From positions 63,786 through 127,785 of the forward strand of contig JBBCKI010000004.1 in assembly GCA_037190965.1 (NCBI GenBank): DNA of 64,000 nucleotides, given 5' to 3'. The first letter of the stretch is position 1. Every line of letters begins with the position of its first letter. The translations under genes and the position numbers were made by a program. The notes under the pieces are model-generated. The model searched no databases. It saw only the letters and a program-made list of their open reading frames with translations, and was not told the DNA's origin. Below, piece after piece: positions 49,335 to 59,336 of this stretch. Origin of the DNA: Chthoniobacteraceae bacterium (lineage in GTDB: Bacteria; Verrucomicrobiota; Verrucomicrobiia; Chthoniobacterales; Chthoniobacteraceae).

Positions 49335-52300
49335 GAGCGACCGCTCCCTGCAAACATAGCGATGGTTATCGCGCCTGCAGGTCGGGCTTCGCGCTCGTCG
49401 CAACGCTGGCGATCGTGACCCTGATGGCGATCGTCATTATCGCGTTCCTTGCCAGCCTCATTTCAGAGCGCGCTTCGTCGAGCGCCCTGGCCAACGCCAC
49501 GAGCGCGGAGTTCGCGGCCCAGGCGGGCGTCGATCTCTGCATTGCCACGCTCAAGGCACAATTCGAAGCGCACCCGGATTCCGCCACCGTCTGGGAAGAG
49601 TTGCTCGATGATCAGAAAAATGTACTCACCGGCGCGACGGTCTTTTACTATCGGACCCCTGCCGACCCCGATAACCCTCTGCACCGGCTCCCCCTGATCT
49701 CCGGGGCGAAAGCCAGCACCGCGAGCGAGCAGGACGAACTTGCGAAACTCTACGAAGACCCGAACAACAGCGTCGACCTGAACCGCGCTCGCTACCCCAA
49801 CGATGCCACAGGCTGGATCGGCTCGCCTCCCAAGGGGCTCCGGGCCATCCGGGTCCCGTGGGTGGAAATGAAAAGCCCGGATAATCCGGAAAAAGTCATC
49901 GCTCGTTACGCCTTCTACGCCGAGGACGAGAGCTTCAAACTCGACGTCAACACGATGGGCATCGCCCCGAGGGCACAGGGCATTGGCGATACGCCCGACC
50001 AAATCCCGCTTCAAGGGCTGCTCCAGTCCATTTTAGATAGTGAAACACTCAATAATATCGCTGGCGGAATCCACAACATGCGGTCGCAGTTCCCCCAGAA
50101 ACGCCTCCCCGATCTTCAAGCCCTCAACCAAATCCCGCTCGGCTCTCTTCGATTGGGCGAGGCCGTCAAATTCAACGCCACGTTGCATTCTGCCACGCTC
50201 AACCTCTCCCGCAGCGGCGCGAAGCGGGTGAACATCAACTCGCTGGTCCAATCCTCGGTCAACCCCACGGTGGTTCGCGGCCAGCTCGATACTATCATCG
50301 CCGCCATCCGCCATGAAGCGCCGGGCTTTGGCCAGCGTTTCTATCCGGGGATGGATGAAGAGTCGATTTCGAAAGAAACCCGGACTGAACACGAAGCGAT
50401 TTATTTGCAGAAAATCGCGGCGAATATTCGTGACTATATCGCGCCCGATTCACAGCCTACCATCGTCAATAGCAACGGCACAGTCGCCCTTGGGTTGAAG
50501 CCACAACGAGGCATCGAACCGAACGCAGTGCCCGTGGTGGGAGAGCACCACGGCGGAGTAAACCCTGTCATCGCCGTGGGGAAAAAGAACGTACCTTTTC
50601 TTCAGGAGTTCGCCTGCCGAATCACTTTGAAAGATTTTACGCCCAACAAGGGAGGCGCCTCCATCAAGCAAGCGGAGTATGAATTCTATCTCGATTACTA
50701 CTTCGAGTTCTGGAACCTGACGACCAGGAATATCAGCGTTGCAAACGGCGATCTTGGACCAAATCCGTTCCTTCGAGTTTACGATCAAGCCGCATTCGAC
50801 ACCGACTCCCGCGTTGCCCCAAAAACCTACGGCACCCCTGGAATTCCTGAAGGCCGGCCTTTCGAAATTCCCCTTCCCTCAAACATAGTTTTCCCCGCGG
50901 GAAAAGTCACCGTACTCACCACCGATAGCGATCCGTCGCCATTACTTGTTCAAAACGCCGAAAATTTATTCATCCTTACAGAACCAGTGACTCCGCCCGC
51001 CACGCCCTCGCGTTGGTATCGAGGCAATACCAAATACAAGACATCGAACAACGAATTCCGTATCAACATCATTCCCCGCAACACGGCCACGACGGATCAC
51101 GCCACAAAAATGCTCCTTGGCAATGATAACGGAATCATCGAATCGGCCTGCGCGCTTCCGCTGGTCCGAGGCACCAATTCGGGCCTTTTTGCGTTTCAGA
51201 TCCACAACGACGACAAGGATACCGACGATGACATGATCGATGGCAAATACCGAGGCTACTACCTCATCCGGGGCGGCAGCCTTCACGGCAACGTTGTCTA
51301 TACCTATCCCGGAAACCCGATTACCGGCGATCCCCGCACCAATAACGAACAACTCTATCTTTGCATCTACAACCCCGGCCCGGAGAGTTCCCCTTCCAAT
51401 CGAGAGCAGACACGGTATTACGTCAGCGGCCTCGATAACCGGAGCAAAACGAGCGGAAACACCTACGTCCCCGCCCAAAGCACCATCGGCCTTCAAAACT
51501 CCAACTTCGTCGATTTCACCAAATGGCCGGATCGCTTCAAACCAAGCCCCGATCATGTCGACACCCCGATGTACATCGCCAACGCGCCGATGAAGTCGAT
51601 TGGCGAACTGGGCCACATCTTCGATCCCACGCGAAAACTCGGCCCATCCGGCAATATTCTTTATAGCCGGGGCGGAGGCCGGACGTTCACCATCGGCCAG
51701 CCCGATCCCCTTTGGGATCAGGAATCATTTTCCGCCAGTCGTGAACGGACGGCCTGGCGGTTGACCGACATCTTCAGCACCACCGACGACATCCGGCTGC
51801 CGGGTCGCATCAACCTCAACGGCGCGCTTCGCGACGGGGGCGCTGCTTTGAAAGCGGCGCTTTACGGTTTTGAGTTCACCTCCGGGGACGACGCGGACCC
51901 CCGGCTCAAGGGGCGAATGCTTTCGTCCACCGCCATCGACAAGCTCGTCGACAATCTTTGCACCCGGCTCCTCAAGACGCCCACCCTCGGGCCGCTGGCC
52001 GAGCGCGGAGAACTATCGGAACTCCTCAACTTTCACCCCAATGCCGACCCTGTCGATGAGAACGCCGACAACCTTTATGACCGGGGACGCGAAGAGCTTT
52101 TCCGGCGGCTGGTGGAACTGATCGCCACGCGAGGCAGTGTCTTCTCCGTCTACGCCATCGGTCAATCGATCGCCCATGCGCCCTCCGGCAAAAAGAACGT
52201 TACCGCCACGGCGCGCATCAAGATTACCTTCGAGTTAATCCCCGTCTGGGACCCTCCCCTGCCGGAAACACTCGCAAGCGGAACCCCAGCCGACCGCCTG

Positions 52301-52348
52301 CGGCCACCGAGTTCCTTCAAGGTCAAGATCCTCCAGGCAAGCCCATGA
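49331..52348 (+). CDS. Large Verru_Chthon A / PilX-GspK-like protein
   Basis: G|FALVATLAIV (no Glu5), RYAFYAEDESFKLDVN, SIGELGHI, GRINLN, TRGSVFSVYAIGQ. Confidence 0.75.
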   Translation: MRATAPCKHSDGYRACRSGFALVATLAIVTLMAIVIIAFLASLISERASSSALANATSAEFAAQAGVDLCIATLKAQFEAHPDSATVWEELLDDQKNVLTGATVFYYRTPADPDNPLHRLPLISGAKASTASEQDELAKLYEDPNNSVDLNRARYPNDATGWIGSPPKGLRAIRVPWVEMKSPDNPEKVIARYAFYAEDESFKLDVNTMGIAPRAQGIGDTPDQIPLQGLLQSILDSETLNNIAGGIHNMRSQFPQKRLPDLQALNQIPLGSLRLGEAVKFNATLHSATLNLSRSGAKRVNINSLVQSSVNPTVVRGQLDTIIAAIRHEAPGFGQRFYPGMDEESISKETRTEHEAIYLQKIAANIRDYIAPDSQPTIVNSNGTVALGLKPQRGIEPNAVPVVGEHHGGVNPVIAVGKKNVPFLQEFACRITLKDFTPNKGGASIKQAEYEFYLDYYFEFWNLTTRNISVANGDLGPNPFLRVYDQAAFDTDSRVAPKTYGTPGIPEGRPFEIPLPSNIVFPAGKVTVLTTDSDPSPLLVQNAENLFILTEPVTPPATPSRWYRGNTKYKTSNNEFRINIIPRNTATTDHATKMLLGNDNGIIESACALPLVRGTNSGLFAFQIHNDDKDTDDDMIDGKYRGYYLIRGGSLHGNVVYTYPGNPITGDPRTNNEQLYLCIYNPGPESSPSNREQTRYYVSGLDNRSKTSGNTYVPAQSTIGLQNSNFVDFTKWPDRFKPSPDHVDTPMYIANAPMKSIGELGHIFDPTRKLGPSGNILYSRGGGRTFTIGQPDPLWDQESFSASRERTAWRLTDIFSTTDDIRLPGRINLNGALRDGGAALKAALYGFEFTSGDDADPRLKGRMLSSTAIDKLVDNLCTRLLKTPTLGPLAERGELSELLNFHPNADPVDENADNLYDRGREELFRRLVELIATRGSVFSVYAIGQSIAHAPSGKKNVTATARIKITFELIPVWDPPLPETLASGTPADRLRPPSSFKVKILQASP

Positions 52349-52378
52349 GCAATTCACAATCCGGCTTCCCCACCGAAT

Positions 52379-52538
52379 GGTGCGGCAGCACCGGTAGACC
52401 GCTCGCGCCGTCGAGCGCGGGTATCGGCATCCGTATCCCTGGAGACCTCATCCCAGCCCCATCGATTCGTCTTGCAGGGATGAGCGTCAAACGTGTTTGC
52501 CGAGTCAATTCCCGCGCTCTCGGCGAGAGCGGACTACC
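52379..52538. repeat. GTAG-type REP doublet, copy 2
   Basis: Inverted homologue of 24056-24217. Confidence 0.85.
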
Positions 52539-52729
52539 TGTATGTTCACCTACCCACTCAAGCGGGACGGCGTCCGCTTAAAGAATCACTGATTAAATGG
52601 AGCATGACGAAAGCGCAGGCACTTTGAAAAACCGCCAAAATGACCAGCTTGCGGCATCGCTCGTATAATCAGCGGTTCCTTAACTCCCGCTTGAGGTGCC
52701 TCTCCATCCGCGATAAAGATAACCGCCCT

Positions 52730-54613
52730 ATGCCGCGCCCCTCTCGATCCCTATGTCCGCTCTCCCTGCTTTCGCTCGGGGGAGCGGCAGCGCTTGCCCT
52801 CGTCCCGCACCAAGCGCAAGCGCAGGAATCCTTCAAACCCACCTGGGAAACCCAGCGGCTCGCGCGCACCTATGTGCTGGCGGTTCCGGCCCCGCGCGGG
52901 CAGATTTCCGACCGCAACGGCGAAGTCATGGCGCAGACACGGCTCTGCCAGAACCTGGGCATCGCATTTCCCACGCCGCCCGATCTCTCCGACGCTCGCG
53001 CGCTGGCCTTTGCCCGTGAGCAGATCGCCACGGCGGAACGCCTCACCGGGCGTACCATCTCGATCTCTGACGCGGCCATCCTTCAGCACTACCGCAACCG
53101 GGGCGTCCTCCCTCTCGACATCGCGCAGGATCTCTCGGAGAAGGAGCAGGAGGCCATCAAACAAGGCGGGGGCAGCGGATTAACCCTCAGCGCCATCTAC
53201 GTGCGGCATTATCCCCACGGGAAACTCGCCGCCCATATCATCGGCTACGCCGGGCGGGCAGGCCGCCCGCTCGACACCCCGCTCCAGAACAACGACCTCC
53301 TCTGGCCGGAAGCCGAGGGACGCGAGGGGCTGGAACTGACCTTCAACGAACAACTAACCGGCAAGCTCGGCCAGATGACACTGACCGTCGATGCCAAGGG
53401 CCGGAAAGTCTCCGAGAAAGTCTCCATCCCGCCGGAGGCCGGTTACAACATCATTACCACGCTCGACCTCAAGCTCCAGCGCCTCTGCGAGAAAGCGCTC
53501 TCGGAAGGCGCGAAGCGGGGAGCCATCGTCTTCATCGATCCGAACGACGGCAGCATTCTGGCCATGGCCTCCTGGCCCTCCTACGACCCGAATGCCTTCA
53601 TCCCGACGATCTCCACCCAAGCTTTCAAGGCGCTCAATGAAGACAAGGATCTCCCGCTGATCCCTCGCGCGTTCCGCTCCGCTTATCCCCCCGGCTCCAT
53701 CTTCAAAATCTACACCGGCCTCGCCGCCATCGAGAGCGGCAAGATCACCGTCGACCAGCAGTTTTCCGGTCCCGCTTCCATGCAGATCGGCAACATCGTC
53801 ATGCGCAACTGGAAGAAGAAGGACGCGGGCATGCTCAACTTCGCGGAAGCGATGGAGCAGTCATGCGACACCTGGTTCTACCAGGTCGCCATCAAGACCG
53901 GCTCGCAGCCGATGATCGACTGGGCGCTCCGCTACGGGTTCAGCGCCAAAACGGGCATCCCCCTGCGCGCCGAAGCCGAAGGCCGCATCCCGGACAATGA
54001 CTACATGCGGAAAACCCATGGCCGCCGCCTGCTCGATGGTGACCTTGCAAACTTCTCCATCGGCCAGGGGGATATTCTGGTTACCCCGCTGCAAGCAGCC
54101 CAGGCCATGGGCATCGTCGCCAACGGCGGTATCTTCTACCAGACACGGCTCGTCCAGCAGGTGCAAGGCTTGGACGACCGGATCATCGCCGGTTATAACC
54201 TGCGCGTCAGGGACGAGATTGAAATCAGCCCGACCACGATGGCGGCGATCAGGAAAGGATTGATCGACGCCACCACCGGAGGCCGGGGCACAGGCGGCAG
54301 AGCCGCCGTCCCCAACGTCAAGATAGCCGGCAAGACCGGCACCGCCCAATGGGGTCCCAAGCATAACGAACGTTACGCCGCCTGGTACGCGGGCTTCGCC
54401 CCGGCCGACAAACCGAAGTACGCCTTCGCGGTCATCTACGAAAGCGATCCAAAGGAAGAAACCGCCCACGGAGGCACCGTCGCCGCACCGATCATCGGCA
54501 AAGTGCTCCGCGAAGTCTTCAAGGAAGAATCAAAACCGGCCAAGCGAAAGAAAGGCCAAAAGGCGGAGCCCACGCCAGCACCCACCCCGCCGCAGGACGG
54601 GGAGTCGGATTAG
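52730..54613 (+). CDS. mrdA: Penicillin-binding protein 2
   Basis: APRGQI.DRNG, PPGSIFK (SxxK), SCD, KTGTAQ. Confidence 0.9.
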   Translation: MPRPSRSLCPLSLLSLGGAAALALVPHQAQAQESFKPTWETQRLARTYVLAVPAPRGQISDRNGEVMAQTRLCQNLGIAFPTPPDLSDARALAFAREQIATAERLTGRTISISDAAILQHYRNRGVLPLDIAQDLSEKEQEAIKQGGGSGLTLSAIYVRHYPHGKLAAHIIGYAGRAGRPLDTPLQNNDLLWPEAEGREGLELTFNEQLTGKLGQMTLTVDAKGRKVSEKVSIPPEAGYNIITTLDLKLQRLCEKALSEGAKRGAIVFIDPNDGSILAMASWPSYDPNAFIPTISTQAFKALNEDKDLPLIPRAFRSAYPPGSIFKIYTGLAAIESGKITVDQQFSGPASMQIGNIVMRNWKKKDAGMLNFAEAMEQSCDTWFYQVAIKTGSQPMIDWALRYGFSAKTGIPLRAEAEGRIPDNDYMRKTHGRRLLDGDLANFSIGQGDILVTPLQAAQAMGIVANGGIFYQTRLVQQVQGLDDRIIAGYNLRVRDEIEISPTTMAAIRKGLIDATTGGRGTGGRAAVPNVKIAGKTGTAQWGPKHNERYAAWYAGFAPADKPKYAFAVIYESDPKEETAHGGTVAAPIIGKVLREVFKEESKPAKRKKGQKAEPTPAPTPPQDGESD

Positions 54614-54636
54614 ACCAGCAATAGTCTCAGGGCCGA

Positions 54637-54966
54637 TTACGCCTTCTTCACAAAACAGGCCTTCAACCCGATGGCGCTTCCGTCGATTTTGCAGGAAATC
54701 TCGTGATCGCCATCAACCAGGCGGATTCCTTTCGCCTTCGTTCCTCCCTTCAGAACCCCGCCGCCGCCTTTGAGCTTGAGATCCTTGATCAGGACGACCG
54801 TGTCCCCGTCGGCGAGCACGGTGCCGTGAGCATCCTTGACGATCCGCACTCCGGCGGCCTGTGCTTCGGCTTCCCATTCGTGGCCACACGTCACGCACTC
54901 AAAGCGCTCGCTGTGGGCCAGAACGTCATTCATCTCGCACATGGGGCAGATCGTCGGGTTACTCAT
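54637..54966 (-). CDS. PhnA/YjdM zinc-ribbon protein
   Basis: CPMC...CVTCGHEW, VKDAHG.VLADGD, IKDLK. Confidence 0.9.
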   Translation of the reverse strand: MSNPTICPMCEMNDVLAHSERFECVTCGHEWEAEAQAAGVRIVKDAHGTVLADGDTVVLIKDLKLKGGGGVLKGGTKAKGIRLVDGDHEISCKIDGSAIGLKACFVKKA

Positions 54967-55019
54967 AGACGCAACACCATAGGATCGGCTCATGCCGGAG
55001 ATCAACCCCGCTCTTACCT

Positions 55020-56213
55020 CTACGGCTCCACGGGTACGACCATCTCCGCAGCCTCCGCATAGCATTGCTCCAGCACGTCGATCTGCCGGGTCTGCTCGAA
55101 ACGATCCGCAGCCGCCTGCGCCGCTGCCGCCCCGAGGGCCGCGTAGCGGGCGGGATCCTCGGCCAGCCGCAGCATCGCCCGCCCCAGCGCCTCATGGTCG
55201 CGCTCAGGCACAAGATAGCCTGCGACACCGTCATCCACCGCCTCGGGGATGCCGCCATGCCACGTGGCGAGCACAGGAAGCCCGACAGCCATCGCCTCCA
55301 ACATGGAGTTCGGCACGCCCTCCTGGTTCCCATCCGCGCCGACCTCGCTCGGGTGAAGGAACGCATGGGCGGCATCGAGCTGCTCCCGCATTGCCGACTG
55401 GGAGAGAAACCCGGTGAAGGCCACTTTCTCTGCAATCCCGAGTTCCCGTGCCAGCGCCTCCAGTTCCCCCAACATCGGGCCTTCGCCCGCGATGGTGAAC
55501 TGCGCCCTCGGGTAACGCTCCGCAAACCGCGCAAACGCGCGCAGACTCGTGGGCAGCCCCTTCTTGGGGATCAGCCGGCAGGCTTGAAAAAACCGCCATG
55601 CCCCGTCCTGCGGAGCCGTTCTCTGGACGAACGGAAAACGCTCCAGCGGGATTCCCGTCCTGTGGATCCGGATCTTCCCGGGCGGACAACCGGCTTCCAC
55701 GATGCGCTCCGCCAGCGAGCGGGAACGCACCAGCACCAGCCGCGCGAGCCTGAACATCTCTCCAGCTGCCTCGCGGTAAGCGGGCTTATCCATGTCCACC
55801 ATCGCGTCCGCCCCGTGAAAAGAGACCACCACGGGAACGGGCGGCTTGCGCAACAGCGGAAGAAGCTGCACGGCAATGTGGCCGAAGTAAACATGCAGCA
55901 CGCGCCCGCGAACGCGCGCGATCTCCGCCGCGATCCGCCGCGCCTCGGAGCGATAAATCTGCACGGGCCGCCGCAAAATCTGCCGCACCCAGATGCGCCG
56001 CAGCGCATGGGTGGCCGGTTTGGGCAGCCGGATCACCGGCTCGAACGGGAAGCGCTCCGCCTCCTCGCGTTTCTGGCAGATCACCGCCGCGCTCCAACGG
56101 CGCAGCCCGGTGATCTGCCGATAGACATGGAGCATCTCCGGCTTGAGAAAGGTAGCGCAATATTGGACGGCCACCGGCTTTGCCGGGTTAATTCGCTCTA
56201 CTGGGTTTACCAA
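55020..56213 (-). CDS. GT4 glycosyltransferase (WcaL-like)
   Basis: SFHGAD, RLIPKKG, EGVPNSMLEAMA. Confidence 0.88.
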   Translation of the reverse strand: MVNPVERINPAKPVAVQYCATFLKPEMLHVYRQITGLRRWSAAVICQKREEAERFPFEPVIRLPKPATHALRRIWVRQILRRPVQIYRSEARRIAAEIARVRGRVLHVYFGHIAVQLLPLLRKPPVPVVVSFHGADAMVDMDKPAYREAAGEMFRLARLVLVRSRSLAERIVEAGCPPGKIRIHRTGIPLERFPFVQRTAPQDGAWRFFQACRLIPKKGLPTSLRAFARFAERYPRAQFTIAGEGPMLGELEALARELGIAEKVAFTGFLSQSAMREQLDAAHAFLHPSEVGADGNQEGVPNSMLEAMAVGLPVLATWHGGIPEAVDDGVAGYLVPERDHEALGRAMLRLAEDPARYAALGAAAAQAAADRFEQTRQIDVLEQCYAEAAEMVVPVEP

Positions 56214-56629
56214 AGGGGGCGCAGGGTCAAAAACCGGATGCCGTTGGTCTGCAACTTGTTTTTGTTTAAATTATCGGTGCGATAGGGGTCACGCTCGGTG
56301 AAAGTGACCAGGCTCCACCCGGAGCCATATTCCAAAGGGGCCAACGGGTTAATCATCTGCGCTGGATCCCGCGACGTCAAGGCGCGCGGGATCACCCCCT
56401 CCACCACGTTAACGGGCCGTGCCAGCGACGCCCGGCTCTCGCGCGCGGCGATGACCGGAAGGCTGCCTTCCAAAATTTGCTGCCGAATCACCACCCGGTT
56501 CCCTGTGGGCTCCACTGTCACACGCTCGCGAACCGGCTCTGCCCAAAGACGGCGGCGCACGCAAACGGGGTCGCTTGCCATCGCCGCAACTTCCACGAAA
56601 AAAAGTGCGAACAAAATTGCTCTCTTCAT
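56207..56629 (-). CDS. Hypothetical exported protein
   Basis: Signal peptide MKRAILFALFFVEVAAMA; QMINPLAP.EYGSG. Confidence 0.55.
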   Translation of the reverse strand: MKRAILFALFFVEVAAMASDPVCVRRRLWAEPVRERVTVEPTGNRVVIRQQILEGSLPVIAARESRASLARPVNVVEGVIPRALTSRDPAQMINPLAPLEYGSGWSLVTFTERDPYRTDNLNKNKLQTNGIRFLTLRPLW

Positions 56630-56747
56630 CGTTATAACCTCCGTGGACAATACGCAAACAGCGCACGCAACGGCCCTCCCCTTCCCGAACGAATCCCTCA
56701 ACGAAAATGTTGCCCATTCCCGAAGGCACGGTACGTTGCACTCCGAG

Positions 56748-57023
56748 ATGTTGGAACGCGAAGTCACCATTTTAAACCGACTGGGGTTACATGCCCGGCC
56801 AGCGGCGGAATTTGTCCGCGCCGCGCGGTCTTTCAAGTGTACCGTCACCATCATCAAAAACAGCGATTCTTATTCCGCCTCCAGCATCCTCGATGTTTTG
56901 AGCGCGAACCTCGACTGCGGCTCCATCATGATCCTCCGCGCCGAAGGCCCCGATGCGGACACGGCTCTTGAACGGCTCGCCCAATTGCTGGAGGAGTTCC
57001 GGATCCAGGAAGAGGGGGAATAG
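56748..57023 (+). CDS. ptsH: Phosphocarrier protein HPr
   Basis: NRLGLHARPAA (His15), ASSIL, AEGPDA. Confidence 0.93.
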   Translation: MLEREVTILNRLGLHARPAAEFVRAARSFKCTVTIIKNSDSYSASSILDVLSANLDCGSIMILRAEGPDADTALERLAQLLEEFRIQEEGE

Positions 57024-57110
57024 CGGAGACGGTCGGGCAGAGTCGATTTTCTCGCGCCAGGCATGCAAAGCGCGCCAAGAGAAGCCCCCAGCAAGGCCTC
57101 ACACGCCGTG

Positions 57111-57273
57111 CCTTTCCCTCGTTACCAATCTCCAGATTGGTAATGCCATTGTCCCCGAATCTCTGATTCGAAAGCCTTGCTATCTCGTGCAGGGTGTCGG
57201 AACAGGCAGAGGTTGCGAAACTGGAGTTTCGAAGACAGGGGCATTCCCAAACAGAGTTTGGGAACGAGGAAAA
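57111..57273. repeat. REP/MITE-like element, copy 2
   Basis: Homologous to 19182-19320 with an extra internal segment; flanked by an outer IR 57050-57079 / 57309-57338. Confidence 0.85.
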
Positions 57274-57364
57274 GCCCCCAACGGCCCCCACGCACCATGC
57301 TTTAAAAACTTGGCGCCCTTGGCGTGCTTGGGGCGAGATTCTTCGCCTCAGTCCCAATCTGGAA

Positions 57365-58177
57365 TCAGCTCTTCTCCGCCAACGCCTCCTGCCTGACGAT
57401 CCGCCTCGGCACGGGAGGATCTTCGGGCTCCGTGTGCAGCAACCGGTAAACCGCCGAAGCGCGGATGCTCCGGTCCAGCAGGGCCGCCTCGACGGTCGAT
57501 TGACTCAACTGCTCCTCCCGGTGCGCGGCAATCGCCTCCCGCGAAGGGAGTTCTTCCGATTCGTTGGTTAACGCCATATGCCCCACCATCCAGGCGTCGA
57601 GCGCGACCGCCTTCGCCTCCGCCACGGGGCTCTGGCTGAAATTCTGCCCACGCAGAAACTTCTCCATCATCGCCATGGCGTGCGCCTTGCCCGCGATCAC
57701 CGCAAAGGGCTCCGTATTCCGTGCCAGCGGGCCGCCATTGGTGTGGAAGGAGCCGTCGTAATCCAGCCGCACGAAGAGGTCGGGCTCTCCCGGCTTGCCG
57801 AGCTCCGCAAAAAGCAGCCGTGCAAGATAGGGCGGGCCGTAGATCTGCTCAAAGGCGGTCTTCAACGCCGGGCTCATCGAATAACTCACCATCCGCCGCA
57901 GCGAAACGTCCTGGGAGGAACGGGTAAACCCCTCCGTGCTGGCGACCTCGATGGCCGCCATCCGAAGGCGCTCGATGTCGCCGGGGTGGCCGATGCCCCC
58001 CATGGCGATGCGGTCGTAGATCTCGAAGATCTTCTGCCGCTCCCGCCCGACAGTCAGGAGCAGTACCCCGTCGGCGCAACTCAGGCACGCGATCGGGCTG
58101 CCTGCGGCAATCTGATGTTCGATGTATTCACGGCGATTCGCGATCGCCTCCACCCAGCGGTATGGTTCTTCGATCAT
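57365..58177 (-). CDS. prcA: 20S proteasome alpha subunit
   Basis: GSP, KIFEIYDRIA, DIERLR, DYDG, VEAALLDR; directly after the beta subunit gene. Confidence 0.88.
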   Translation of the reverse strand: MIEEPYRWVEAIANRREYIEHQIAAGSPIACLSCADGVLLLTVGRERQKIFEIYDRIAMGGIGHPGDIERLRMAAIEVASTEGFTRSSQDVSLRRMVSYSMSPALKTAFEQIYGPPYLARLLFAELGKPGEPDLFVRLDYDGSFHTNGGPLARNTEPFAVIAGKAHAMAMMEKFLRGQNFSQSPVAEAKAVALDAWMVGHMALTNESEELPSREAIAAHREEQLSQSTVEAALLDRSIRASAVYRLLHTEPEDPPVPRRIVRQEALAEKS

Positions 58178-59040
58178 TCGAGTTCGGCAAATTTAGGGGT
58201 GTGTTTGGGGAGCGACACGAGGTCGCGCCGGTAAGCTTTGGCCAGGATTCTTTCCGGCAGGGTGACCACGCCGGTCTGGTTGATGATCTTGACGATCGGG
58301 TAGACCCGCCCGTGACGATCCACGCCGCCCGTCGCCGTATCGCTCTCTGCGGCGGTATCGAGCGCGCGCAGGGCGAGAAGAAGGGCATCCTCCTCGTTCA
58401 TCCGCGCCAGAGGGCGGGGCCCAAAAGCATTGGCGTAATAGAGAACGGAGCGGACCGCGGGCGCACCGGAGCCCGACGCGGCAAATTCCGCCGCTTCAAA
58501 CTGGGCCCCCATGGCGTCGTAAAAATAAAGTCGCGGCTGATTCTCCTCCGCGTCGTAAGTCGCAAAAATGGGAACGACGATTCCCACTCCCTGCATGACC
58601 ATGCCGAAATTGTCGCGCAACAGCTTGGAGAGCGCGCGCACCTTGCCATCATGGCTCATCTCCTGCAACTGGCTGCGCCGGTAGAACTGGAAGGAATGCT
58701 CCAGCATCCGCGCCATCTCCCACGCCGTGGCGGGCACGCCCGCGATGGCCATGAGCGAAAAACGGTCGATCTCCAGCACCTTGTCAGCCCGGTCATAGAC
58801 GACGACGTTGCCCGCCGTGGCCCGGCGGTCTCCCGCCATCAGCACGCCCCCCTTAAACTTGAAGGCAAGGATGGTGGTCGCCTGGGTTTGCACCGGCGAA
58901 GAACCCGCAACGGGGCCTTCCATACCGGCTGAAACCGGGGCAATCACCCCCTGCCGTCGCAGCAGCGAGGGGAAATCTTCGAAATGGGCTGCCGTGAGAT
59001 CAGTCGCCGCGCGCTGAAAAGGGGCTCCAGAGGGATTCAT
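58174..59040 (-). CDS. prcB: 20S proteasome beta subunit with propeptide
   Basis: QA|TTILA catalytic Thr, AGDRRATAG, DKV, SGSG, DTATGG. Confidence 0.92.
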   Translation of the reverse strand: MNPSGAPFQRAATDLTAAHFEDFPSLLRRQGVIAPVSAGMEGPVAGSSPVQTQATTILAFKFKGGVLMAGDRRATAGNVVVYDRADKVLEIDRFSLMAIAGVPATAWEMARMLEHSFQFYRRSQLQEMSHDGKVRALSKLLRDNFGMVMQGVGIVVPIFATYDAEENQPRLYFYDAMGAQFEAAEFAASGSGAPAVRSVLYYANAFGPRPLARMNEEDALLLALRALDTAAESDTATGGVDRHGRVYPIVKIINQTGVVTLPERILAKAYRRDLVSLPKHTPKFAELE

Positions 59041-59060
59041 ATCGAGGGAAAAAAGTTGGG

Positions 59061-59237
59061 TTATTCGCCGGTCCGTTGCCGGTAGCGTTTCGATTGATCG
59101 GGATCGACCCGCCGCATCCGCTTGAGCAGGTCTTTCGTGTCGGGCTTCGAGACATCGGGGGCCTTCGGCGCGCCGCTGTCTCCTTCTTTGGGCCCCCACG
59201 GAGCGGGAGCCACCGGTTTTTGAGTCCTCTCGGGCAT
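59061..59237 (-). CDS. ubact: Ubiquitin-like protein UBact
   Basis: 58 aa, MPERTQKP...LLKRMRRVDPDQSKRYRQRTGE; RTGE terminus; directly upstream of prcB. Confidence 0.9.
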   Translation of the reverse strand: MPERTQKPVAPAPWGPKEGDSGAPKAPDVSKPDTKDLLKRMRRVDPDQSKRYRQRTGE

Positions 59238-59336
59238 ATTTGGAACTAGGGGTTGCCGGTGAACGTGCAAGTTGCGTACCCGCTGGAACACTCCGCGAGC
59301 TTGCTTAACCGGGGCTGGCGTGAGAAACGTGTTCGC

